DNA from: Candidatus Thorarchaeota archaeon
Lineage (GTDB): Archaea; Asgardarchaeota; Thorarchaeia; Thorarchaeales; Thorarchaeaceae
DNA: 24,862 nucleotides
Assembly: GCA_048884785.1 (NCBI GenBank)
Contig: JBHLQM010000041.1
Span: 5,779 to 30,640 of the forward strand
Direction: 5' to 3'
In this document: piece after piece, positions 8,439-17,528 of the stretch
Layout of the letters: each line of letters begins with the position of its first letter
Position numbering within the stretch: position 1 is the stretch's first letter
The notes under the pieces: generated by a model
Databases searched by the model: none
What the model was told of the DNA's origin: nothing
What the model saw: the letters and a program-made list of their open reading frames with translations, nothing else
Program-made: the position numbers and the translations under genes

Positions 8439-9110
8439 TCACTCAATGATAAGAGCCACTTCGATTTGGTCTCTTGCGGTTTCAATGAATTGTTGAACGC
8501 CAACTACAAGATCATCAGGAATATTAGTTGTCCATGGCTCTTCGGCATCACGGCTTACAGTTGCGGTCATTTCATTGAATGGAAGGAATTTCGCATCAAA
8601 ATTCACATCAAATGAAACAGTTCCGATCCATTGCCCATCCTTAATCACTTCATACATGGGTTGAAAGCGTTTCATCGTATTTGATGGAATCGCAACCCAG
8701 TAGAAGGACATCCCGTTGAATTGACCAGGTTGTCCTAAGCCAATGACATAACTGTCCATTGTAGCGTTGGCGGTGACAAGGTTATAGAGAATCCCAATAC
8801 GACAATTCAGACACTGATTGAACTCGAGACCGTCTCCACTCTGCTGCACGTATGCTATCCCATTCTTCTCGATGTTATCATCATTACAAAGAAGGCATAG
8901 GTTCATCCCCCATCTCACTTCAATATGGTCTGCAAAGGGACCAGTGAGGAAACGCTCTCTGGCTGCATCAAAGGCGTTCTTAATTGCAGCTGTCCCCTCA
9001 GAAGCCATCCTATCTCGAACACCCCTGAACACAGTAAGGAGGTCCTGTGCCATCACGTTATAAATTATATCAGCGAGATTGTCGAGTGATCGTTCATCCA
9101 GTGTACTCAT
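8439..9110 (-). CDS. Hypothetical protein with two CxxC motifs (putative Zn-binding)
   Basis: 223-aa ORF with SD GGTGA; CLLC and CLNC. Confidence 0.8.
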   Translation of the reverse strand: MSTLDERSLDNLADIIYNVMAQDLLTVFRGVRDRMASEGTAAIKNAFDAARERFLTGPFADHIEVRWGMNLCLLCNDDNIEKNGIAYVQQSGDGLEFNQCLNCRIGILYNLVTANATMDSYVIGLGQPGQFNGMSFYWVAIPSNTMKRFQPMYEVIKDGQWIGTVSFDVNFDAKFLPFNEMTATVSRDAEEPWTTNIPDDLVVGVQQFIETARDQIEVALIIE

Positions 9111-9456
9111 ATTATCACCATCAACAAATCATTTGCCTAGTTCTCTGATTTCAATAGGGAGCAATTAAGTGTTGGTTGGATTTCCTCTCTAATTCAGGTG
9201 GTTAATTTCATTTAGCCCAAGGTTTTTAACCGAGCTATCTCCGAGGTAAAAAGAATTCAATAGGTGAGAAAAGGATGGATTGCCAAATTCACTAACACTC
9301 ATAGTTTGTATTGTAGTCCATTCTCTAGTAGCACACCAGGCAGATTTCTTGAACCACAATCAGAACAATATAAGAGGAAACCATCATGACCTCACCATCT
9401 GATAGTTACGGCTCCTATGCGTCTGAAAACGATATGTATTCTCCAAAGCAAGGTTA

Positions 9457-12400
9457 GTGATTACAATGTTCAAACCGGTATCAAACAAAGTTGACTTCGT
9501 TGCCCAAGAAGAGGAAATCCTCAAGTTCTGGGAAGAAACACAGGCCTTTGAGAAACTTAAGAAGCTTAGAGCCAATGCTCCCAAGTGGTCTTTTCTAGAT
9601 GGCCCCATCACAGCCAACAATCCAATGGGTGTGCACCATGGATGGGGAAGAACATACAAAGATCTTTTCCAGCGTTTCAAAGCTATGCAAGGGTATCGGA
9701 CCCGATATCAAAACGGATATGATTGCCAGGGCCTCTGGGTAGAAGTCAATGTTGAACGAGATATGGGATTCAAGACCAAACGCGATATTGAAGAATATGG
9801 ATTGGAGAAATTCATCATATTATGCAAACAGCGAGTTTTGAAATATGCAGGCGTACAGACAGAACAAAGCATTCGCCTAGGCTATTGGATGAACTGGGAT
9901 GATTTGGACACTCTTTCGTTACTTCATGACGAACTTGGAAGTGATCCTCAAAAGGTCTTAACAATAGACGGAGTGAAAGGCCCAGTGACCGGGACTGTTG
10001 AACAGCTGGTTGGGCGATTGGGAATGCCTGAGCTAGGAGGTTCGTACTATACATTCTCGGAGGAAAACAACTACACCATCTGGTCGGTCTTAAAATCCTG
10101 TCATGATAGAGGTTGGATATACAAAGGAAGAGATGTCATACCGTGGTGTGCAAGATGTGGAACTGGTATCAGTCAACATGAAATAGTGACGGAAGGCTAT
10201 CGTGAGCTAACCCATCCAAGTATCACATTGAGATTCCCCCTGGTAGATCGTCCGGGTGAGAGTATCCTAGTTTGGACGACCACTCCGTGGACTCTCAGCA
10301 GCAATGTTGCAGCCGCTGTAGGTCCAAATCTTGCATATGTCAAGGTTCGTCAAAAAGAGGAAGTATTCTATCTCAGTCGTGGAACGCTGCATATGTTAAA
10401 GGGCGATTACGAAGTCCTAGAAGAGCTGTTAGGCACGGACATGGAGGGATGGATATATCATGGCCCATTTGATGAACTGCCTGCACAGAATGAGGCGGGC
10501 ATTGTTGGAAAGCATAGAGTCATCACTTGGGATGAAGTCGGAGAAGAAGAGGGAACAGGAATAGTTCATGTCGCACCTGGATGCGGTGCGGAAGACTTCC
10601 AACTCTCCAAAGAACACAACCTTGCTGTCATTGCACCTTTAACAGAAGATGGCGTCTTTCTTGAAGGCTTTGATTGGCTATCAGGCATGAATGTGAATGA
10701 TGTAGCTAAACCGATATTTGACAATCTGAAAAAGAAAGGACTGCTATATGCTATAACGAATTATACACACAGGTATCCTGTTTGTTGGCGATGTCAGGAG
10801 GAATTGGTATTCCGGCTTGTGGATGAGTGGTTCATATCAATGGGAGAAAAACTCGACATCCCATATGAAGAGGTGACAGAGGAACAGAAAGAGAGCAACT
10901 TGAGATATCAGATCATGGAAGTTGTCAATAACGAAACAACTTGGTATCCTTCGTTTGGAAAAGAGAGGGAAATGGATTGGCTAAGAAATATGGACGATTG
11001 GATGATCTCCAAGAAACGATATTGGGGTCTAGCATTACCCATCTGGGAATGTGCCGGCTGCAGTCACTTTGAAGTAATTGGAGATAAAGAAGAGCTTAGA
11101 AAACGTGCAGTTGCAGGATGGGATGTATTTGAAGGTCATTCCCCTCATCGACCCTTCATAGATGAAGTCGAAATCAAATGTAGTAATTGCGGTCAACAAA
11201 TGAAACGAATTCCAGATGTAGGGAATCCTTGGCTGGATGCAGGCATAGTAGCAATGAGCACAATGAGCTATAAATCGAACAAAGCGTATTGGAATGAGTG
11301 GTTCCCAGCAGACTTAATCAGCGAAAGCTTTCCTGGTCAATTCAGGAACTGGTTCTATAGTCTCTTGGCAATGAGTACTATTCTCGAGCGAAAGGCACCG
11401 TTCAAAGATGTCTTTACATATGCTACTCTAGTTGCGGAAGATGGAAGACCCATGCACAAATCTTGGGGAAATCTGATAGAGTTTGATGACGCAGCCAAAG
11501 ACGTGGGTGTAGATGTTATGCGGTGGCTTTACTGTGATCACAAACCTGAGAAAGATCTTGCATTTGGATACCACATTGCTGATGATGTGAGAAGACAGTT
11601 TCTGATACCGCTTTGGAATGTGTACTCGTTCTTTGTTACATATGCCAATATGGATGGCTGGAAACCGAAGAAAAACGAAAGAATGTCTCTAAGCCTTTTG
11701 GACAAATGGATTCTTTCCAGACTGAATGAGGTGATCCGAGAGGTCACCAAATATCTGGAAACATATGAACCAAATATGGCAACGGCTACAGTTGATCGCT
11801 TTATAGATCACCTAAGTAACTGGTATCTCAGAAGAAGTCGTCGGCGTTTCTGGGCAGAAGCAGGAGCCAGTGATGAGGTTGATTTAGATAAGAATGCGGC
11901 CTATTATACGCTCTACACTGTCCTAATGAAACTCTCGCAATTGCTTGCACCGTTTGTACCTTTTGTATCTGAGGTAATGCATCAGAATCTCGCCCGCAGT
12001 GTTGATTCCAAGGCCCCGGAGAGTGTCCATCATTGTCCGTGGCCTGAGAGCGATCCAGAATACGTTGATGAAACACTCAATAACGAGATGGATCTGGTTC
12101 TTCGATTGGTTTCCCTAGGCCACGCCGCAAGAAACAACGCAAACATGAAACTTCGTCAGCCATTATCAGATATTGCGTTTGCAGTTGGATTGGATAAAGA
12201 AAAAGATGTAGTCATACGTTATGCGGATATATTGGGCAATGAGCTGAATGTCAAAAATGTACGATTGTTGGATGTCGTTTCTGAAGTGGTCAACTACGAG
12301 CTCAAACCATTACCAAGGCAACTTGGTCAGAAATATGGGTCTCGATTCCCTGCCATTAGAGATGCTATTTTGGGTCTCGACCCACGTGAAGCGTCGAGCC

Positions 12401-12828
12401 GACTACAGGGAGGAGAACCTCTAGAAATAACTGTTAATAGCGAAGCAATCCAAATCCTACCCGATGAAGTTGAGGTGAAAGTCGAGGCACGGAAAGGGTT
12501 TTCGACTGCATCTGAAGGATCATACCTTGCATCATTAACAACTGAGTTGACATCAGACCTTGAATTCGAGGGATTGGCAAGAGATTTCATACGCCGAGTT
12601 CAAGACCTGCGTAAGTCATCTGAACTAAGTGTTAATGATAGAATCCAAGTTCAGTATTCATCCAGCCAGCGTGTTTCTGATGCAGTGGAGTCTCATGAAG
12701 CGTACATTATGGATGAAACCCTTTCAGATATCCTGAAGAAAGCCAAAAAGCCATCAGGAAAATTCAAAGCTGAATATACATTCGGTGATGAAAAACTTGA
12801 GTTGGCAATAACTCCCAGTGAGGTTTAG
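9457..12828 (+). CDS. ileS: Isoleucyl-tRNA synthetase, type 2-like (start GTG 9457 or ATG 9466)
   Basis: DGPITAN, GYDCQGL, WTTTPWTL, GTGIVHVAPG, DWMISKKRYWG, WLDAG, SNWYLRRSRRRFW, C-terminal EGLARDFIRRVQDLRK. Confidence 0.95.
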   Translation: MITMFKPVSNKVDFVAQEEEILKFWEETQAFEKLKKLRANAPKWSFLDGPITANNPMGVHHGWGRTYKDLFQRFKAMQGYRTRYQNGYDCQGLWVEVNVERDMGFKTKRDIEEYGLEKFIILCKQRVLKYAGVQTEQSIRLGYWMNWDDLDTLSLLHDELGSDPQKVLTIDGVKGPVTGTVEQLVGRLGMPELGGSYYTFSEENNYTIWSVLKSCHDRGWIYKGRDVIPWCARCGTGISQHEIVTEGYRELTHPSITLRFPLVDRPGESILVWTTTPWTLSSNVAAAVGPNLAYVKVRQKEEVFYLSRGTLHMLKGDYEVLEELLGTDMEGWIYHGPFDELPAQNEAGIVGKHRVITWDEVGEEEGTGIVHVAPGCGAEDFQLSKEHNLAVIAPLTEDGVFLEGFDWLSGMNVNDVAKPIFDNLKKKGLLYAITNYTHRYPVCWRCQEELVFRLVDEWFISMGEKLDIPYEEVTEEQKESNLRYQIMEVVNNETTWYPSFGKEREMDWLRNMDDWMISKKRYWGLALPIWECAGCSHFEVIGDKEELRKRAVAGWDVFEGHSPHRPFIDEVEIKCSNCGQQMKRIPDVGNPWLDAGIVAMSTMSYKSNKAYWNEWFPADLISESFPGQFRNWFYSLLAMSTILERKAPFKDVFTYATLVAEDGRPMHKSWGNLIEFDDAAKDVGVDVMRWLYCDHKPEKDLAFGYHIADDVRRQFLIPLWNVYSFFVTYANMDGWKPKKNERMSLSLLDKWILSRLNEVIREVTKYLETYEPNMATATVDRFIDHLSNWYLRRSRRRFWAEAGASDEVDLDKNAAYYTLYTVLMKLSQLLAPFVPFVSEVMHQNLARSVDSKAPESVHHCPWPESDPEYVDETLNNEMDLVLRLVSLGHAARNNANMKLRQPLSDIAFAVGLDKEKDVVIRYADILGNELNVKNVRLLDVVSEVVNYELKPLPRQLGQKYGSRFPAIRDAILGLDPREASSRLQGGEPLEITVNSEAIQILPDEVEVKVEARKGFSTASEGSYLASLTTELTSDLEFEGLARDFIRRVQDLRKSSELSVNDRIQVQYSSSQRVSDAVESHEAYIMDETLSDILKKAKKPSGKFKAEYTFGDEKLELAITPSEV

Positions 12829-12859
12829 CATTCCAGCCAAGTGCAAGGTTCATGAGTAG

Positions 12860-14194
12860 TCAAAGCGAACTGGGTTCACGAACTAGCACCTCTAGCAGGG
12901 TGTAGAAGAATTGAGCGTTCTCCTCAATAGATGAGAGTGACACCCATTCATTTGGTCCATGGAGATTATCACCTCTAGGACCAAAGTCAAAAACCTCTGC
13001 TCCATGGCTGGCAAAGTAACGGGAATCTGATGCGCCATACCCCTCAGTCAGTCTGTATGAGATGCCCTGTTTCTTTAGTGCCCATTCAGCGGCTCGTATC
13101 AGCTTTGAGTTAGGATCAGAATTGACATATCCAATTCCATTAGATACCTTGAGAGAGAATACATCCAACCTATCCCTCAGAACATCCGTGAAAGAGGATT
13201 CTATAGCTTCACCGTTGTTTGTCATGGCACGGATATCAAAGTATAGATTCCAAAGATCAGAATCCAAGGACAGAAGGTTTGGAGAAATTGTCGTCCCAAG
13301 ATCAGAATAGTCAGTTGGAAACGATGCTGCTGAAAGGGGAAGAAGCAAGCGAAGGATGTTGGTGAGGGCTTCATCGTACTCTGTTTCAGCGCCAGTCTTG
13401 TCAGGATGAACAACATCTAGCTCAACCCATGCAGGAATTACATTGCTTTTGACAAACCCTCCGCGAATGTCTTTCACCTGTGTGTATCTGTTTAAATCTA
13501 GGAACTTGGATGCGGTCAATAGTGCATGTCTATCAACTCCAGGCCGCTGATAGGCTGAATGGCGAGACTCACTTCCGAAGATGTCAGTTTTGAAATGAAC
13601 CGTTTCCATGCGGCCCTTCATGGTTCGAATCTTCTGTCTTGCCTTGATGGTTGTTGGGAGAGCATTTCGTCTTCGATGGATGATAACTTGGTTGATTCCA
13701 TCCGCGATCAGAACATAGTTAGGAAACAACCCATTCTTCTGCAAATGTTCACGAAGTGCCAGAGCCCCGTTACCTCCACCTATTTCTTCGTCACCAGAAG
13801 CCGCCAGCATTACCGTGCATGGTAGCTCTCCCTCGTTGAACATCTCAGCAAGTTTCAGTATGGAAACAATGTTTCCCTTATTATCACAGGATCCCCGGCC
13901 GAAAGCCTTGTCACCCTCTACATTTAGTTTGAATGGATCGCTTTTCCAATCTTCTCCGGGAGGGACAACATCATAATGAGCTAGAAAGAGAATCTTGAAT
14001 GAACCATGACCTTTCCTACCAAGGGATGTATAGTATCCATTCGATTCGACCATATCAGTTATGAAACCGAAACTTTCAAGTTTCGAGTTTACGTATTCAG
14101 CACATTTTGAGTCGGGCTGAATATTTTTCTGAGGGTCATTGACGGTATTCATTGACACCAAGATACCGAGCTCTTTGGCGATGTCAATTTTCAT
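12860..14194 (-). CDS. M20/DapE-ArgE family metallopeptidase/deacylase
   Basis: AHYDVVP, GRGSCDNKG, DEEIGG, GASDSRYF, HGPNE. Confidence 0.92.
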   Translation of the reverse strand: MKIDIAKELGILVSMNTVNDPQKNIQPDSKCAEYVNSKLESFGFITDMVESNGYYTSLGRKGHGSFKILFLAHYDVVPPGEDWKSDPFKLNVEGDKAFGRGSCDNKGNIVSILKLAEMFNEGELPCTVMLAASGDEEIGGGNGALALREHLQKNGLFPNYVLIADGINQVIIHRRRNALPTTIKARQKIRTMKGRMETVHFKTDIFGSESRHSAYQRPGVDRHALLTASKFLDLNRYTQVKDIRGGFVKSNVIPAWVELDVVHPDKTGAETEYDEALTNILRLLLPLSAASFPTDYSDLGTTISPNLLSLDSDLWNLYFDIRAMTNNGEAIESSFTDVLRDRLDVFSLKVSNGIGYVNSDPNSKLIRAAEWALKKQGISYRLTEGYGASDSRYFASHGAEVFDFGPRGDNLHGPNEWVSLSSIEENAQFFYTLLEVLVREPSSL

Positions 14195-14243
14195 TTTCAG
14201 TCAATTATAGGGAATAGATTTCACTAGAAATAGGTTGTTACCA

Positions 14244-14280
14244 AGAAAAATAAGGAAAGAGGACGCTGGATGCGTCACTC
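14244..14280 (-). terminator. Hairpin plus U-tract after the EF-2 paralog
   Basis: Minus strand GAG(t)GACGC-atcca-GCGTC-CTC, followed by tttccttattttt. Confidence 0.6.
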
Positions 14281-14294
14281 TATCAGTCTTGAGA

Positions 14295-16508
14295 CTAGGT
14301 ACGTTTGTAAACCCAGCGACTCCATGAACCGGTATTCGGGAGTTCAGCTGGCATTCCCTTTCGCGCACGAATCTCAAGAATTTTCTCTTCTTGCATGTTG
14401 TTTGGCAGCTGTTCAAAGCCTCTAAACTGGTATCCAAAGAAACTTCGACCTGCAGTTGCACTTCGAAACTCATCAGCGATGCCAATTGTTTCAGCTGTTG
14501 GTAGTGTTCCCTTTATGGTTACAGTGTCTTCCTCAGCTTCAATAGTCAGAATCTGACCTCTGTGACCAGTTAGAACTTTGATTACACCACCTTGTGTATC
14601 AGGGGGTGTTTTGATATCAGCATTGAGAATGGGTTCAAAGAGGGCAGGTTCAGCTGTTAGAAAACTCATGTTTAGACCTGAGCTAGTCATTGTTGCAACT
14701 TCATTGAATCCAGTGTGAGCAGGGTCTGTGTGTATTGTTGCATCAGTCAGTGTAATCTTGACACCCATCACAGGTTCATGAGCAATTGGTCCCTCATCTA
14801 TGAATTCTCTCCAAGTCGATTGGACATATGGCCAGATTCTCTCGAATTTCTGAACTCCACTCATACCATCGATTAGCATCGATCCTTCATAGATATCGAG
14901 AATCTTCCTTGCATCTTTTGCATCCCAACCAGCCTCATCACGGAGGATTGCAGCCCTCTCACGGTCGTTTTGATCAGCTGTGACCTTTCTCTTCTTGATG
15001 AGCTCAACAGTCTTATCGTCTAAAGGCTCTATGAACATCCTAATACGGTTGTGGCCATTGGGACTCTTTGTGTGGAACTCCATTCCTCGTCCAGCAATCT
15101 TCTCACGGTAGACAATGATAGGTTCTGATATGTGAATCTTAACTTGCTCATTGATACGCTTTGTGAGAATCTCAATCTGAAGTGGATCGATTCCATTTAA
15201 ACGATACTCACCGGATTCTTTGTCATGGATAAAACTTGCCGTAGGATCAGCCATAATCCACTTGGACACCACATCACCAAGCTTTGCGATATCTTGTGGA
15301 TCAACTGGTCGAATGCTTCTGCTTACTACTGGTTCACTCGCATACTCAATGGGTTCGAAGCCCACCATATCAGAGTTGGCTGCCACAAAGGACTCACCAG
15401 AAGGACAAATGAAACCAAAGACTGAGAAGAGATTGCCAGCGGGAACTTCATCCATTGGGAGAATATCTGTAATCTCCTGAACTCCTAGGCGCTTTATAGG
15501 AACGTTCTGCCTCATGTTAACCAGCCTAATGGTCTGACCAGACTTTACCGTTCCAGAGAATACACGGCCGATTAGTGTGGGCCTCTTGCTCTTCGGATCA
15601 ACAAAGATCTTTGTAATCATGCCAATTAATGGTCCATTTGGATCGCACTCAAGTAGTGCCTTCCCTTCAACGCTGTTTAAATCGCCCTTCCAGATTCTGG
15701 GTATCTTGTATTTTTGCGCCTCCTTTGGATTCGGTAGGTGCTTCACTATCATCTCAAGAAGAGCATCATCTAGAGGGAGATTATCTCGCAGCCATCGCTC
15801 ATCGCCTTTTTCATATTTTTCGAAAACGACAATTGGCTTGATTCCCTTCTTTTCAAGGGTCTTCATAGTGAATGCCCAGCCTGTCTTGGCACTACCAATT
15901 GCGACACTTCCATTCTGGAAGTTGACCAGCCAAGATTTGCCATGCTCTGGGGGAGCTATCTTCCTAATGAGTTCATTCACCTTGGCGATGATAATATCAA
16001 TTCTCTCGTATACTTTTGCCGGAGGCAATTTCAACTCGTTAATGAGCCGGTCTACCTTATTGATGAATAAGACAGGCTTGCATGCCTCTCCACCAACCGC
16101 GAGACGGATATTGGTTTCAGTCTGAGTCATTACGCCCTCAAGGGCATCAACAAGGATGACAGCACCATCACTGGCACGAAGTGCTCGGGAAACCTCACCT
16201 GTGAAGGAAAGGTGTCCAGGTGTATCAGAAAGCTGAACTAGGTACTCTTCGCCTTCAATTTCGAAGTTTAGCAGAACTACTGAAGTGAAGATAGTAATAC
16301 CTCTCTCCTGCTCCTCTTCATCGCTATCAGTCATAAGCGCTTGACCAGCAGCTGCATCACTCATTAGACCTGCACGACGCATCAGGTAGTCTGAAGTCGT
16401 TGTCTTACCATGATCTATGTGAGCGCTGATGCTAATGATTCTTTTATGCTCATAATCATCAGACATAATGAGCCTCTTGATTGCATCGGGGTCTTTGATT
16501 TTGACCAT
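14295..16508 (-). CDS. Translation elongation factor 2 homolog, probably the divergent paralog aEF-2p (ATG 16508; alternative GTG 16517)
   Basis: AHIDHGKTT, ERGITI, DTPGH, NKVD, KSPNGHNR, EPIL..AETIG..FRSATAGR; the diphthamide loop reads IHTDPAHTG. Confidence 0.9.
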   Translation of the reverse strand: MVKIKDPDAIKRLIMSDDYEHKRIISISAHIDHGKTTTSDYLMRRAGLMSDAAAGQALMTDSDEEEQERGITIFTSVVLLNFEIEGEEYLVQLSDTPGHLSFTGEVSRALRASDGAVILVDALEGVMTQTETNIRLAVGGEACKPVLFINKVDRLINELKLPPAKVYERIDIIIAKVNELIRKIAPPEHGKSWLVNFQNGSVAIGSAKTGWAFTMKTLEKKGIKPIVVFEKYEKGDERWLRDNLPLDDALLEMIVKHLPNPKEAQKYKIPRIWKGDLNSVEGKALLECDPNGPLIGMITKIFVDPKSKRPTLIGRVFSGTVKSGQTIRLVNMRQNVPIKRLGVQEITDILPMDEVPAGNLFSVFGFICPSGESFVAANSDMVGFEPIEYASEPVVSRSIRPVDPQDIAKLGDVVSKWIMADPTASFIHDKESGEYRLNGIDPLQIEILTKRINEQVKIHISEPIIVYREKIAGRGMEFHTKSPNGHNRIRMFIEPLDDKTVELIKKRKVTADQNDRERAAILRDEAGWDAKDARKILDIYEGSMLIDGMSGVQKFERIWPYVQSTWREFIDEGPIAHEPVMGVKITLTDATIHTDPAHTGFNEVATMTSSGLNMSFLTAEPALFEPILNADIKTPPDTQGGVIKVLTGHRGQILTIEAEEDTVTIKGTLPTAETIGIADEFRSATAGRSFFGYQFRGFEQLPNNMQEEKILEIRARKGMPAELPNTGSWSRWVYKRT

Positions 16509-16553
16509 TCTTATCACACTCGATTTTGAAATTATTATTACTTATCTATCCCC

Positions 16554-16627
16554 AACTTGTCAAGTTAACACGAGAGAACTCGGTCGGGGTCACCGATAGC
16601 CTCACCGGTGGCTTGGCCGACTGCTCC
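16554..16627 (-). promoter_or_regulatory. GC-rich nested stem-loop and palindrome upstream of the EF-2 paralog
   Basis: Minus strand GGAGC/GUUCU, GUCGG/CCGAC and CACCGGU/AUCGGUG (G-U pairs favour the minus strand); palindrome AACTTG-T-CAAGTT at 16554-16566. Confidence 0.5.
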
Positions 16628-16659
16628 ACTTGAAGTTTAAAAGATTTATGTCATGGGAA

Positions 16660-17454
16660 TTATTTTGTGGCAACCACAACCATTCTCTCAGAGCTCGCCG
16701 CATAGGGTCTTCTGGGGAGCTTATTTTCTCCAAACAAGTCGATTTTGCTAAAGCCTACGGATTCTAGCATGTCTTGAATCTCAAGAGCAGTATACATCCG
16801 AATATCATTGTTCGATAACGCATCTTGATTCATCAAAACAATCCTATTTTTCTCGACATCAATGTAGGTTGCCGGTCGGCCTCGTAGAACTCCCGATGGT
16901 GCATCGAGAAAATGAGGTTCACTTAGGAGATATCCTCCATCAATCTCAGACCAGGTTCGCAAAAACTTTGGAATGTTATATGGATTCATCAGATCAAGAA
17001 GAAGTCGTCCGCGATCGATTAACGCATTATAGGAACCCTCTAACACTCGGGCATTTTCTTCATGGTCGAAGAATCCGAAACTATGACTGAGTAGTACGGC
17101 TCCATTGAATCTTTGGACAAAGTTGATTTCTCTCATATCTCCACGATAGAAATTAACTTCAACTCCAGATTCCCTCGCAAGGTCTTCTGCAGAGCGGATC
17201 ATGGATTTTGAGATGTCAAAACCAGATACTGATAAACCTCGTTTGGCGAACAAAACACTATGGTCACCTGCACCGCAGGCAATGTCAAGGATTTCACCTC
17301 CCTTTTTGAGCCCGAGCACTTCAATACTGAAATCCACTATAGACTTGTCATAGTGTTGAATTCCCGGAATTGAACGCCTGTATTTGACTCGAAACATTTC
17401 TGCCCAGAAATCGTCCCAGCCCAGCTCAACTCTTTCCATAAGACACACTTCCAT
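16660..17454 (-). CDS. Class I SAM-dependent methyltransferase (start ATG 17454 or 17439; ORF-track extension to 17598 unlikely)
   Basis: ILDIACGAG, GFDIS..M, GDMRE, SFGFF, GRLLLD. Confidence 0.9.
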   Translation of the reverse strand: MEVCLMERVELGWDDFWAEMFRVKYRRSIPGIQHYDKSIVDFSIEVLGLKKGGEILDIACGAGDHSVLFAKRGLSVSGFDISKSMIRSAEDLARESGVEVNFYRGDMREINFVQRFNGAVLLSHSFGFFDHEENARVLEGSYNALIDRGRLLLDLMNPYNIPKFLRTWSEIDGGYLLSEPHFLDAPSGVLRGRPATYIDVEKNRIVLMNQDALSNNDIRMYTALEIQDMLESVGFSKIDLFGENKLPRRPYAASSERMVVVATK

Positions 17455-17528
17455 AGATTTCCTTCCTCGGGCGAGATATGAAGGTTGTCCTAGTATAGAA
17501 AAGGCAGTCATAAAACAGATTTGACGGG

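Noticed and set aside
15577-16125. 182-aa antisense ORF and the other 60-131 aa antisense or alternate-frame ORFs in the track
   Set aside because: They lie within or largely overlap well-supported genes and have no recognisable motifs; typical codon-bias shadows.
16660-17454. Methyltransferase as a dedicated EF-2 modifier
   Set aside because: Only adjacency supports it; the sequence looks like a generic small-molecule class I methyltransferase.
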